This document shows positions 39,916 to 48,292 of a stretch of DNA of 64,000 nt, in pieces (position 1 is the first letter of the stretch; the number at the start of each line of letters is the position of its first letter). Position numbers and translations under genes: made by a program. The notes beneath the pieces were generated by a model. That model had not been told where the DNA came from. It saw nothing but the letters and a program-made list of their open reading frames with translations, and did no database searches. Source of the DNA: Nitrososphaerota archaeon (GTDB taxonomy: Archaea > Thermoproteota > Nitrososphaeria > Nitrososphaerales > Nitrosopumilaceae); contig JAGWFT010000001.1 of assembly GCA_028867755.1 (NCBI GenBank), positions 164,727-228,726 on the forward strand. The letters are read 5' to 3'.

Positions 39916-40289
39916 AAAGTAAAGCCTTCTTTTAGAATACTGTTAAGATTTTCCTTTATTTCCTCTTCGGATGACAGTGAGTCAAGATCTCTAATTAATA
40001 CCTCAGTTGCAAGACATTGATTCTTTGAGAATTGATAATAACAATCTAGTTTTTCTTGATAGGTTTTTGCATTGTAATAAATGCTCCAAAAGTTTTCTGT
40101 AGAGTGCTGTACGTAAAGTAAAAATTTTCTAATGGTCGTCTCAATTTTAGAGGAAGGATTGTCTTTCATTAGTCCAATTAGAATCTGCTCTAACTTACTG
40201 TCCAAGTTTGATTCATAAATCAATTGGTAAATGCCCCCGTCTTTTGTCACGCTTGCTTTATGTGGCTGTATCATAAAAGCTTTCATCAA
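39912..40289 (-). CDS. Hypothetical protein
   Basis: 125-aa ORF, 4-nt overlap with the convergent gene. Confidence 0.7.
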   Translation of the reverse strand: MMKAFMIQPHKASVTKDGGIYQLIYESNLDSKLEQILIGLMKDNPSSKIETTIRKFLLYVQHSTENFWSIYYNAKTYQEKLDCYYQFSKNQCLATEVLIRDLDSLSSEEEIKENLNSILKEGFTF

Positions 40290-40402
40290 TAATTTTCAAA
40301 AAATCATTCATTTACACATAATATATTTAGCTATCTTAAAAAAATTAAAATTTCAAATATGAAATTAGTCATAATGCTTAAATAATTTTCATGCGTATTA
40401 AT

Positions 40403-40597
40403 GGTCCCTGTCAGAGGACAACTCCTAAGACAGGAATCATGCAGCAAACATGCGTGATACGGTCAAGGGTAAATCCTGCCGTAGAAGATCCAGCGGAGAA
40501 ATCTCAAGGAAGTGGTGACAATGGTCATCATGTCTTGGAATGCATGTATTCCCCCGCATGACGTGTGTGAACCACACGTCTGCATGATAGAATTTTT
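40403..40597 (+). ncRNA. Candidate multi-helix structured ncRNA (family not recognised)
   Basis: TATA CTTAAATA at 40377-40384; 5' hairpin CCTGTC/GACAGG; closing helix ATCATGCAG 40436-44 / CTGCATGAT 40580-88; nested CATGCG/CGCATG, TACGG/CCGTA, ACGTGTG/CACACGT; T-tract at 40593-40597. Confidence 0.6.
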
Positions 40598-40661
40598 CCA
40601 ATTACAATAAACTAAGCTATGTAAATTATTCAAATAGATTGTACAATAATAGCAGTTTAGT

Positions 40662-40732
40662 GATTGTCTGAAAGAATGTAGCCTCAGCGATCAGAGAAAT
40701 TGATGCGGTACATTCTTCCTAGTCAGATTATC
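40662..40732 (+). other. Long imperfect hairpin downstream of cdvB (candidate RNA element)
   Basis: AAGAATGTA 40672-80 / TACATTCTT 40709-17; TCTGA/TCAGA; apical ATCA-GAGAAAT-TGAT. Confidence 0.4.
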
Positions 40733-40741
40733 CAGGACAGT

Positions 40742-41380
40742 CTAGATGTAGCGGGCAGAAGATGATTGACTGCTGGCTGGCATGGAAGGCAGTTTGTCGT
40801 TGACTGCTGCCTCTGCAACTGCTGCAGCTTCTTGCATAATCTTCTCTGATTCTTCGTCTGAAACTCCAGAATCAATTCCAAAGTCGCCACCATGGAATGT
40901 ATCTGTCATTAATCCACCTAGCATTTCAGTCATTCCTGACAACTCGCGATCTGCTTCTGGCATAAACTGTACCAGAGATGATCTTAGGCTCTTCATCAAG
41001 CCAATTGTTGGCATGATTGTGACAAGTGTATCTCCCAGATCGTGGAAGGTACTGAGTCTGAGCACTATTTGTTCTAGTGCAATTCTAGCATTTCCGAGAA
41101 GCTTGGTAACTTTCCTAACTTCGGCTAATTCTTTTGATAAAACCTTACTAGCGGTAGTATCATGTTGTTGAGTGGCAACTACAATTCTTTTGAATAACTT
41201 TTCATCTTTTTGTTTTAATTTTGTAAGCATTCCATCAAGTTTTCCAGTTTGGACCTGGAGTCTTTTTACTGCCTGTTCCATCCTTGGCTTCAGAGGACCT
41301 TTTGGTCTTATAGTGTCGTTAAATCTTTCACCAATGCTTGGTGTCTGTGGTTTTTGCCAATTGTTAGTAAAGTTTGTCAT
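40742..41380 (-). CDS. cdvB: ESCRT-III/Snf7 family CdvB paralog
   Basis: Same Snf7 core as 7617-8258 (KPRMEQAVKRLQVQTGKLD..LSKELAEVRKVTKLLGNARIALEQ). Confidence 0.88.
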   Translation of the reverse strand: MTNFTNNWQKPQTPSIGERFNDTIRPKGPLKPRMEQAVKRLQVQTGKLDGMLTKLKQKDEKLFKRIVVATQQHDTTASKVLSKELAEVRKVTKLLGNARIALEQIVLRLSTFHDLGDTLVTIMPTIGLMKSLRSSLVQFMPEADRELSGMTEMLGGLMTDTFHGGDFGIDSGVSDEESEKIMQEAAAVAEAAVNDKLPSMPASSQSSSARYI

Positions 41381-41404
41381 GGATACGACTGATAAAATCT
41401 GTTA

Positions 41405-41449
41405 TTAATTTCAGGTGTAAAATGTGGTTCACCGTATGCTAAATTTAGC
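41405..41449 (-). promoter_or_regulatory. cdvB promoter: GCTAAATTTAGC palindrome, TACACC, AATTAA
   Basis: Palindrome 41438-41449, TACACC 41414-41419 and AATTAA 41405-41410; offsets identical to those at 8283-8327. Confidence 0.7.
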
Positions 41450-41567
41450 TAACAAAGATGTGTGTGCAAGATAGGCAGGGCTCATTTTTTCATGATTAAA
41501 AAATCAAGATTTTTCGGATAACCTACATTGGATATATCCTACGTTCAATCCAACATCTACAGAAAAC

Positions 41568-41678
41568 CTATTGCACTACTTGAAGTGCTATGCTTCTCTG
41601 TGGATGGATCTTTTGTATGTGAATCGCAAGCGCACTGTTTGATGCCTGTGGTTCACAGCAAAGTGGACATTTTTCCAT
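41568..41678 (-). CDS. 36-aa C2H2 zinc-finger microprotein (not in ORF track)
   Basis: MEKCPLCCEPQASNSALAIHIQKIHPQRSIALQVVQ*: C-x2-C-x12-H-x4-H; TATA CTTAAATA at 41711-41718 upstream. Confidence 0.7.
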   Translation of the reverse strand: MEKCPLCCEPQASNSALAIHIQKIHPQRSIALQVVQ

Positions 41679-42046
41679 TTTATTTATTGCCTGTCATTCC
41701 AAAACTAACGTATTTAAGGTTTTGCTTGAATCGTTTTGACAATTCAAAAGTTGTAAAATATTTTTAAAAAATATTTTTTATTTCTAGAGAATATATGAGA
41801 TGAAAAATATTTTAAAATTAACAAAACGAAAAAAGATTGTTCTCAAAAAGAGAAAATCATTTTCAAGTTTTAATCATTACAAGAAATTCAATAATATGTA
41901 AACTTGAATTAAATTCCCTTTACGATATTAGTACATACTAGTTAAAATTTTTACAATTAATCTCATATTAAGGTCGAAAATATATAACTTTAATAGAAAA
42001 TTCTGCCAATTTTACTAATTTAACTTATAGTTAAACCTTTTTATTT

Positions 42047-42991
42047 ATGTTAACCGAAATTCTTATAAGATATAATATGACACGCGAATCTTTCGGTTCT
42101 GGCGGACGTTGTCCTCGTTGTGGAAAAGGTCCAATGGTTACAGATAGCACCACAGGTGAAATGTTTTGTGGTGGATGCGGATTTGTTATGACAGAACGTG
42201 TTGAGGAATCTGGACCAGAATGGAGATCATTTTCTAAAGAGGAACATGAAGATCGAAGTAGGACAGGAACTCCAACATCACTTGCAATGCATGATATGGG
42301 ATTAGCAACAATAATTGGTCCTGCTGACAAAGATGCATCAGGAAAACCACTTTCTGCATCTATGAAAAGTACAATTGAGCGACTTAGAACTTGGGATAGC
42401 CGAAGTCAAGTTCATGAACCAGTAGATAGAAACTTTAGACAAGCTTTCAGTGAGCTTGATAGACTAAAAGACAAACTTGCATTATCAGATGCAGTAATCG
42501 AAAAGACTGCATACATCTATCGAAAAGCACTTGATAAAGGGCTTGTTAGAGGAAGATCAATTCCTGGACTCGTAGCTGCTGCACTTTATGCAGCATGTAG
42601 AGATACTGAAACTCCTAGAACTCTGACCGATGTTGCAAGTGGAATCAACATTAAAAGAAAAGATGTTGCACGATGCTATAGACTTTTACTCAGAGAACTT
42701 GATCTCAAGATGCCTGTAGTCGATCCAATAAAGTGTGTAGCAAGAATTGCAAGCAAAGCTGGATTAAGTGAAAAAACAAAACGAAAGGCCCTACAAATTC
42801 TAAAAGATGCCGCAGAGATTGAAATTTCTGCTGGCAAAGATCCAATGGGACTTGCAGCTGCTGCTCTGTATCTCTCTTGTGTAATGAATGGAGAGAATAA
42901 GACACAGAAAGATGTTGCACAAGCTGCTGGAGTAACCGAAGTAACAATTAGAAATAGATACAAGGGATTAAAAGAATCCCTCAAGCTCTAA
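42047..42991 (+). CDS. tfb: Transcription initiation factor IIB
   Basis: Zn ribbon CPRC..CGGCG; GPEWRSF; two cyclin repeats; GVTEVTIRNRYK. Probable start MTRES at 42078. Confidence 0.97.
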   Translation: MLTEILIRYNMTRESFGSGGRCPRCGKGPMVTDSTTGEMFCGGCGFVMTERVEESGPEWRSFSKEEHEDRSRTGTPTSLAMHDMGLATIIGPADKDASGKPLSASMKSTIERLRTWDSRSQVHEPVDRNFRQAFSELDRLKDKLALSDAVIEKTAYIYRKALDKGLVRGRSIPGLVAAALYAACRDTETPRTLTDVASGINIKRKDVARCYRLLLRELDLKMPVVDPIKCVARIASKAGLSEKTKRKALQILKDAAEIEISAGKDPMGLAAAALYLSCVMNGENKTQKDVAQAAGVTEVTIRNRYKGLKESLKL

Positions 42992-43109
42992 ATTTTTTTG
43001 AAAATAATTTTATTTGGTTAAACGATCAATAACGATTGAAAATCATCGAGAGAAAAAATGTGGAGATGCAAAGGATGAAAATGTATCATTAAACTATTGT
43101 AAAACAATT

Positions 43110-43197
43110 TGGGCGTGGCCCTTATCGCAGACTTGCAGAGATTACCTCTTACGATCCACAAAGTGGATTCACATTAAGATCTGCGAAGCCACGCTCA
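43110..43197 (+). ncRNA. Candidate ~88-nt three-way-junction RNA
   Basis: TGGGCGTGGC/GCCACGCTCA and TCGCAGA/TCTGCGA stems; hairpins AGAG-ATTAC-CTCT and GATCCAC-AAA-GTGGATT; G-U pairs favour the + strand. Confidence 0.45.
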
Positions 43198-43436
43198 TTT
43201 GGCAGTAGATTTTATATCCTTCTGCATTAATTTTTATAGAAGATTAAAGTATTTATCATTTTATGCATATTTTTTGTCTTTAAATTAATAATTATTCAAA
43301 TTTTTTTAAAAAAGGAAATAGAGGGGTGTGACTACATATGTCATTTATACAATATTTACAAGAATTAAAAGTCAACAAAAAAACTCGATTACAATTTAGT
43401 CTAGAAAAACTTTAGCGTTTATTAAGACACATAATA

Positions 43437-43877
43437 TTGAGGAGCTTAATGGCAGTAGGCGAACATGATAGGTCTAGTAGAGCTTCACTTTTTGCTAAAC
43501 ATGCGTTCAAGTATTATGCAGTAGGAGCATGTGGAATACTAGTAAATCTTGGGATCTTGTATGTTCTAAAAGAATATGTTGGATTATGGTATCTTGCATC
43601 TTCTGCAATTGCGATCTATGTCTCTATGACAACAAATTTCTTTTTGAATAAAGCTTGGACTTTTAATGATACAGTGGTAAAACAGTCAGTATTTTTTATG
43701 TATGTCAAGTTCATCGGAATAAGTATTATTGGTATGTTGATTCAACTTGGATTTAATTATCTGTTAGTGGATGAAACACATTTGTACTATCTGTTGGCAG
43801 CACTCATCTCGATAGTAATTGCATCAGGTGTAAATTTTATTCTTAATAGACATATAACATTTGGAATAAAACTCTAA
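43437..43877 (+). CDS. GtrA family membrane protein
   Basis: FKYYAVGACGILVNLG..NFFLNKAWTF..NFILNRHITF. Confidence 0.9.
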   Translation: MRSLMAVGEHDRSSRASLFAKHAFKYYAVGACGILVNLGILYVLKEYVGLWYLASSAIAIYVSMTTNFFLNKAWTFNDTVVKQSVFFMYVKFIGISIIGMLIQLGFNYLLVDETHLYYLLAALISIVIASGVNFILNRHITFGIKL

Positions 43878-43890
43878 AGATGTAGAATAG

Positions 43891-44631
43891 ATGAAACTTT
43901 CTGGAAAGGTTGCAATTATTACAGGTGGCAGCAGGGGGATAGGAAAAGCTACAGCTAGTATTTTTGCAAAAGAAGGTGCAAGTGTTGTGATCACGGCAAA
44001 GGATAACACAAGACTCCAGTCAGCAGCCAGAGAGTTAGGAGTGGTTGGTTTTGCTGGGGATATCAGAAAAAATGATGATGTTGAAAATATTGTAAAAAGA
44101 ACTCTCGATAGATTTGGCAAGATAGACATACTGGTAAATAATGCAGGAATGCTTCCAAAAGTAAAGCCCTTACATGAAATTCCTGAAGAAGAATGGAATG
44201 AGGTGATTGACATAAATCTTACAGGACAGTTTCGTTTTACAAAAGCAGTCGTTCCACATATGATGAAAAATGGAGGATGTATCATAAACATCTCATCAGA
44301 TGCAGGACTCAAATCATTTGAGAATTTTGAGGTTGATTCGTATTCGGCAACAAAGGCTGCTTTAATACACCTGACAAAGACTTGGGCAATCGAATATGCC
44401 AAGCATAAGATTCGTGTAAATTGCATCTGCCCAGGTGTAATTGAAACGGACATGACAGAACCCTATCTTAGGACAGAGGCAGATAGGGCTATGATGGTTG
44501 CTGAGCATCCAATAGGAAGAATTGGTAATCCAGACGATGTTGCAAAAGCCATACTATATTTTGCATCAGAAGATTCGTCGTGGATTACAGGAGCAATTTT
44601 ACCTGTAGATGGCGGAGTAACAATAAAGTAA
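43891..44631 (+). CDS. Short-chain dehydrogenase/reductase (FabG-like)
   Basis: TGGSRGIG, NNAG, YSATK and IRVNCICPG motifs. Confidence 0.93.
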   Translation: MKLSGKVAIITGGSRGIGKATASIFAKEGASVVITAKDNTRLQSAARELGVVGFAGDIRKNDDVENIVKRTLDRFGKIDILVNNAGMLPKVKPLHEIPEEEWNEVIDINLTGQFRFTKAVVPHMMKNGGCIINISSDAGLKSFENFEVDSYSATKAALIHLTKTWAIEYAKHKIRVNCICPGVIETDMTEPYLRTEADRAMMVAEHPIGRIGNPDDVAKAILYFASEDSSWITGAILPVDGGVTIK

Positions 44632-44673
44632 ATCAGCCATATAAAATTAATAGAACTAGTCCCTACTTAGGGC

Positions 44674-44898
44674 ATGGACGAGAAGAGGAAGCGATCACTT
44701 AAGATAATCATCACTTTAGCGATAGTCTGGTTTGCTGCAGCCTTGCCAGTGCCGTTTATGGGAGCAAATCCCGATCCTCAACATCCAGAACAGTACAAAG
44801 TATACTTGGAGATTGCTGCATTAGTTTCGGTTCCCTTCATAGCGATGGGAGTTGTCTGGACACTAAAGCCTGAACTTGCAACAAGAGGCTCTAGTTAA
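44674..44898 (+). CDS. Small 2-TM membrane protein
   Basis: Two hydrophobic helices. Confidence 0.7.
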   Translation: MDEKRKRSLKIIITLAIVWFAAALPVPFMGANPDPQHPEQYKVYLEIAALVSVPFIAMGVVWTLKPELATRGSS

Positions 44899-45655
44899 GA
44901 AATTCGACTGCACCGTTTCCTTCTGGCGTGATCTTTATCCAACGAGTTCTTCCTATTCTTTCAACTTCAACAAATTTCCACTCGTTTAAAAGCGGCTGGA
45001 TTATGTTTTTGTCCAGACTTGCAAACCTGGCTTGCTGAAAGTTTTCTTCTTTTGCATTTATCATAATTAGTTTTTTTTCCTCTGCCAGTATTGCCATTTC
45101 TTTTTTTGTTATTTTACCACCATGCTGTTTTATTATTTTCAATGCTTGAATCAAAGCTGGTTTTGGTGTATGAATTTCATATGCAGGTAATTTTACCACT
45201 GTCCTCAATCCTGAAGAAAGTTGTTCCCCTTTTACACTAGCATAATTTTCTGGTTCTGCATAGTATGGAGTAAGCTTTGTTTTACCTTGAAACATCATGC
45301 AGGCCATCATGCATGCAATTGCCTGAATTTTTGAACCAGAAGAACAATTTACAAAGATATCATTATCTTTCTCTTTTTCTACAATTTCTCTAACTGATTT
45401 TAATATCTTGAAGAGTTCAAATCTATCAGAATATACTACATGAACTTCGATCTTTTCCTTTTTTAGATGTGCTCTTATCTTTTCCATGTAGCCTTGTGCC
45501 CTATCCTTTGTCGGTTCACCATGCATCAAAAGCCATACCCTGTCTGCCTTCATCTGCTTTGCAGGTATTGCAATCCTGTCAATCTCAAAACCTACTGGGG
45601 CAATGTGCACTCTGAGATTGGCTATATGTGTCATAATAGTATGTATGGTTTGCAT
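44891..45655 (-). CDS. DUF6293/Csa3-like CARF-type Rossmann domain + C-terminal wHTH regulator
   Basis: RVHIAPVGFEIDRI..ADRVWLL..IFVNCSSGSKIQAIA; C-terminus IIQPLLNEWKFVEVERIGRTRWIKITPEG. Confidence 0.7.
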   Translation of the reverse strand: MQTIHTIMTHIANLRVHIAPVGFEIDRIAIPAKQMKADRVWLLMHGEPTKDRAQGYMEKIRAHLKKEKIEVHVVYSDRFELFKILKSVREIVEKEKDNDIFVNCSSGSKIQAIACMMACMMFQGKTKLTPYYAEPENYASVKGEQLSSGLRTVVKLPAYEIHTPKPALIQALKIIKQHGGKITKKEMAILAEEKKLIMINAKEENFQQARFASLDKNIIQPLLNEWKFVEVERIGRTRWIKITPEGNGAVEFLN

Positions 45656-45773
45656 ACTATGGTGATGATATATAATAATTGTGGATTTGTATGTGATTCA
45701 TGCAACAAAAATACAAACTTGACAAAACTCAAGTCTTGTTCTATCCTAAAGTAAAGTCAGTCTTTGAAGAATC

Positions 45774-46331
45774 TTAGTTTTTCATCCAAGCTGTTTGTTC
45801 CAGATAATCTAATGATTTGATCACTTCATCAAGTTTTGCCACAACAGCATTAACTGCACGAAATTCTTCATACATCATTTTTTCCTCGTCAGGCGACAAG
45901 ACTTGTTTTTCTGCAGTGTCAAAAAACTTGTCTTCCTTTGTCATGTGTTCATTTAGGTAAACTGCATAAGTTTTAAGAAATCTTGCAACAGGTTCCCTTT
46001 CATTTTTCCCCTCTTTCCATTTCTGCAAATATCCTGAGATGTTACTTGCAATGCGACGACTAAATTCATGCTCAATCATAAACGCTCGTATCTCTTCTTT
46101 TAGAGATCCATAGCTCCCAACGCAGGCAAAGTATGTATCCTCTTCTCTGGAATAATGAATTGCATCAAGAAATTCAGACATTATTGTAACTATTTTTTCC
46201 AGATCTGAAAATGGAATGTCTAGTCCAGCATAGAGTTTAGTATAACATTGGATAACTATCTTTTCAAGGCGACGCATTTGTTTGTGGTCGTTTCTTAATG
46301 TCTCTGTGGCACTCATGGTTAATTTCAACAT
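45774..46331 (-). CDS. Hemerythrin HHE-domain protein
   Basis: LRNDH..IHYSREED..MIEHE..HMTKEDKFF motif spacing. Confidence 0.88.
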   Translation of the reverse strand: MLKLTMSATETLRNDHKQMRRLEKIVIQCYTKLYAGLDIPFSDLEKIVTIMSEFLDAIHYSREEDTYFACVGSYGSLKEEIRAFMIEHEFSRRIASNISGYLQKWKEGKNEREPVARFLKTYAVYLNEHMTKEDKFFDTAEKQVLSPDEEKMMYEEFRAVNAVVAKLDEVIKSLDYLEQTAWMKN

Positions 46332-46336
46332 TAATC

Positions 46337-47185
46337 TTAGGTATATACTGTAAACAAAATTACCCTTTTTGGGTCATATTGAACAATCGCAAAATGAGGA
46401 ACCTCAGAATCTTTTACATAGTGACCTTCAGGCCCGCCAATACCCAATCTGATAAGATAATTATTAGAAGAGTTAATTTCAATTTCCTTACTCTCAAGAA
46501 TGTGACCTGAGAGCTTTTCCTTTACTGATTTTAAGTTTGGATAAAGCCTGTGAATATCTCCATCTTGCATTATTGTTTCCTCTTTATGTTGATGACCACA
46601 CAAAATGATATGGTTTTTCACATGTTTGTTAGCTTCATCAAACGCAGAAGATGGCTTGTAATGATATCCAGAGTAAGTAAAGGATTCAAAGTCTTCTTCT
46701 GTTAGCCTCTGCCATGACCTTTTGTATAGCCATGCCTCATCTTGTGCAGTTTTTGGGGTTATTTTTTCTGGGTCAAGTGGCCCTCCATGCACACAGAAGA
46801 GACCATGTTTTTTATCTATGAACTCTTGACTGCCAAAAGTCCCGTCATTATTTTCTTTGAAAAATGAGGTATCTTCTGAATTTAGTTTTGCATGTGCGTC
46901 CATGCTCTCAATCGAGCTTCCACCTATCAACCTATTGTACAAAAATGCTTCATCATGATTTCCCATTACAGAGAAAATAGGATAATTTTTTTCAAGCAAT
47001 TTTAGTCTAGAAAGCACCTCTTTTGGATGTGTTCCCCTTTCAAGAAGATCGCCTAGATTTATTATTCTTGAGAAAGTGCCATACTTTTTTGTAAACTCTG
47101 GATTTGACGCTATGCCAAGTATAGTATCCAGGGCATCAATGTCTGCATGAATGTCAGAAAATACTAGATCCAATAATTTAACCAG
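46337..47185 (-). CDS. Calcineurin-like metallophosphoesterase
   Basis: SDIH, GDLLERG, GNHD, VHG and GHQH motifs; start placed near 47185/47173 to avoid overlap with the upstream gene. Confidence 0.88.
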   Translation of the reverse strand: MVKLLDLVFSDIHADIDALDTILGIASNPEFTKKYGTFSRIINLGDLLERGTHPKEVLSRLKLLEKNYPIFSVMGNHDEAFLYNRLIGGSSIESMDAHAKLNSEDTSFFKENNDGTFGSQEFIDKKHGLFCVHGGPLDPEKITPKTAQDEAWLYKRSWQRLTEEDFESFTYSGYHYKPSSAFDEANKHVKNHIILCGHQHKEETIMQDGDIHRLYPNLKSVKEKLSGHILESKEIEINSSNNYLIRLGIGGPEGHYVKDSEVPHFAIVQYDPKRVILFTVYT

Positions 47186-47193
47186 ATATTTGC

Positions 47194-48204
47194 CTAATTT
47201 GTAATTTTTCGTGTACTCTTTATTACAAAAAGACCTGCGCCCATTGCTGTAGCAGCTAAACATGATGCAACCAGCACCATAGTCCACATGCCATTATTCA
47301 GAGCTTGACTTGAACCAGTTTGGATTTGGGAACTTGGTTGTGTTTGTATTGTTACAGGATTTGTCTGTGGTATTACTGGTTGTGTGGTCTGTTCTGTTGG
47401 TTGTGAGGTTTGCTCTGCAGCTTTTTGTACTCCTTGTTGAATTTGCTGCATTTCATCTGGGACTGGTGCACCCATCTGGTGTGGAAGCTTGCCTATGACT
47501 GCCATTGCTTGTCTTATTTCATCTTGGTTCCATCCAAGTGCAGAAAGTTTGCTGTAAAATTCAGACTGGCTAATCTGTCCGTTTTGGTATGCCTGGATGA
47601 TAGGATTGCCAATGTCTGCAACCTGGAGTGGGGGCGGTGGAGAACCTGGTGTGACAGTAAATTGTATTGTTTGTGTGATATCGTTTATTTGAGGTGCGTT
47701 CTCTTCACCCCAGCCAAATCTTATGTTATAGATACCTGTTGGCTGATCCTTGGCGTTACATAAAGTAGAATATCGCTCTACTGTTTTTCCATTTACTACA
47801 ACATCGCAGACTGAATTCTCAAGGCCGTTAAGATAAACAGGATTTGGATTGCTGGTACTAAATAACGTAAACGTAACTGTCCTGTCTGCAAAGTCGTGAT
47901 TTAGTGCGTCATAATGAGTATAGATTGGAAAGCAGTCCTGGCCTCCACATTGGCTTTGTGGCGTTGTTCCAAAAGAGTCTGAAAATGGAAGGTAGATGTA
48001 AAGATCTGGATAGGGATAGGACTCTTTGGATATATCTGGAATGTTGGATACCGTAATTGTTATTGGTGTCCCGGGGGGTCCTGATATTGGCGATATTGTA
48101 ACGTCTGGCTTGCCCAAAGTGCTAAGATCTGATGTTGCCCCGGCAGAATTGAGAAGTGGTAAAATTATCAATCCTATGGCACTTATCAAGAGTGATCTTC
48201 TCAA
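47194..48204 (-). CDS. Secreted protein with C-terminal membrane anchor (Ig-like N-terminus, Cys pairs, Gln/Thr linker)
   Basis: Signal peptide; ISPISGPPGTPITITVS; C-terminal TM + RK. Confidence 0.78.
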   Translation of the reverse strand: MRRSLLISAIGLIILPLLNSAGATSDLSTLGKPDVTISPISGPPGTPITITVSNIPDISKESYPYPDLYIYLPFSDSFGTTPQSQCGGQDCFPIYTHYDALNHDFADRTVTFTLFSTSNPNPVYLNGLENSVCDVVVNGKTVERYSTLCNAKDQPTGIYNIRFGWGEENAPQINDITQTIQFTVTPGSPPPPLQVADIGNPIIQAYQNGQISQSEFYSKLSALGWNQDEIRQAMAVIGKLPHQMGAPVPDEMQQIQQGVQKAAEQTSQPTEQTTQPVIPQTNPVTIQTQPSSQIQTGSSQALNNGMWTMVLVASCLAATAMGAGLFVIKSTRKITN

Positions 48205-48292
48205 TTCGTGTAAAATTATAAATAATAACTAATAAGACTTGGGACTCTATCATCAGTAAGAATCTTCTATGCAAATTGATGTCAGGGCATTT

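Noticed and set aside
40403-40740. RNase P RNA or SRP RNA assignment
   Set aside because: GAGGACAACTCC only loosely resembles the RNase P CR-I; no matching 3' P4 strand or SRP helix-8 motif was found, so it was left as an unassigned candidate.
41528-41767. 79-aa plus-strand ORF in the track
   Set aside because: It has no recognisable motif and is the antisense shadow of the C2H2 microprotein.
43014-43208. 64-aa ORF downstream of tfb
   Set aside because: It has no motif and overlaps the structured element; the base-pairing pattern explains the GC content better.
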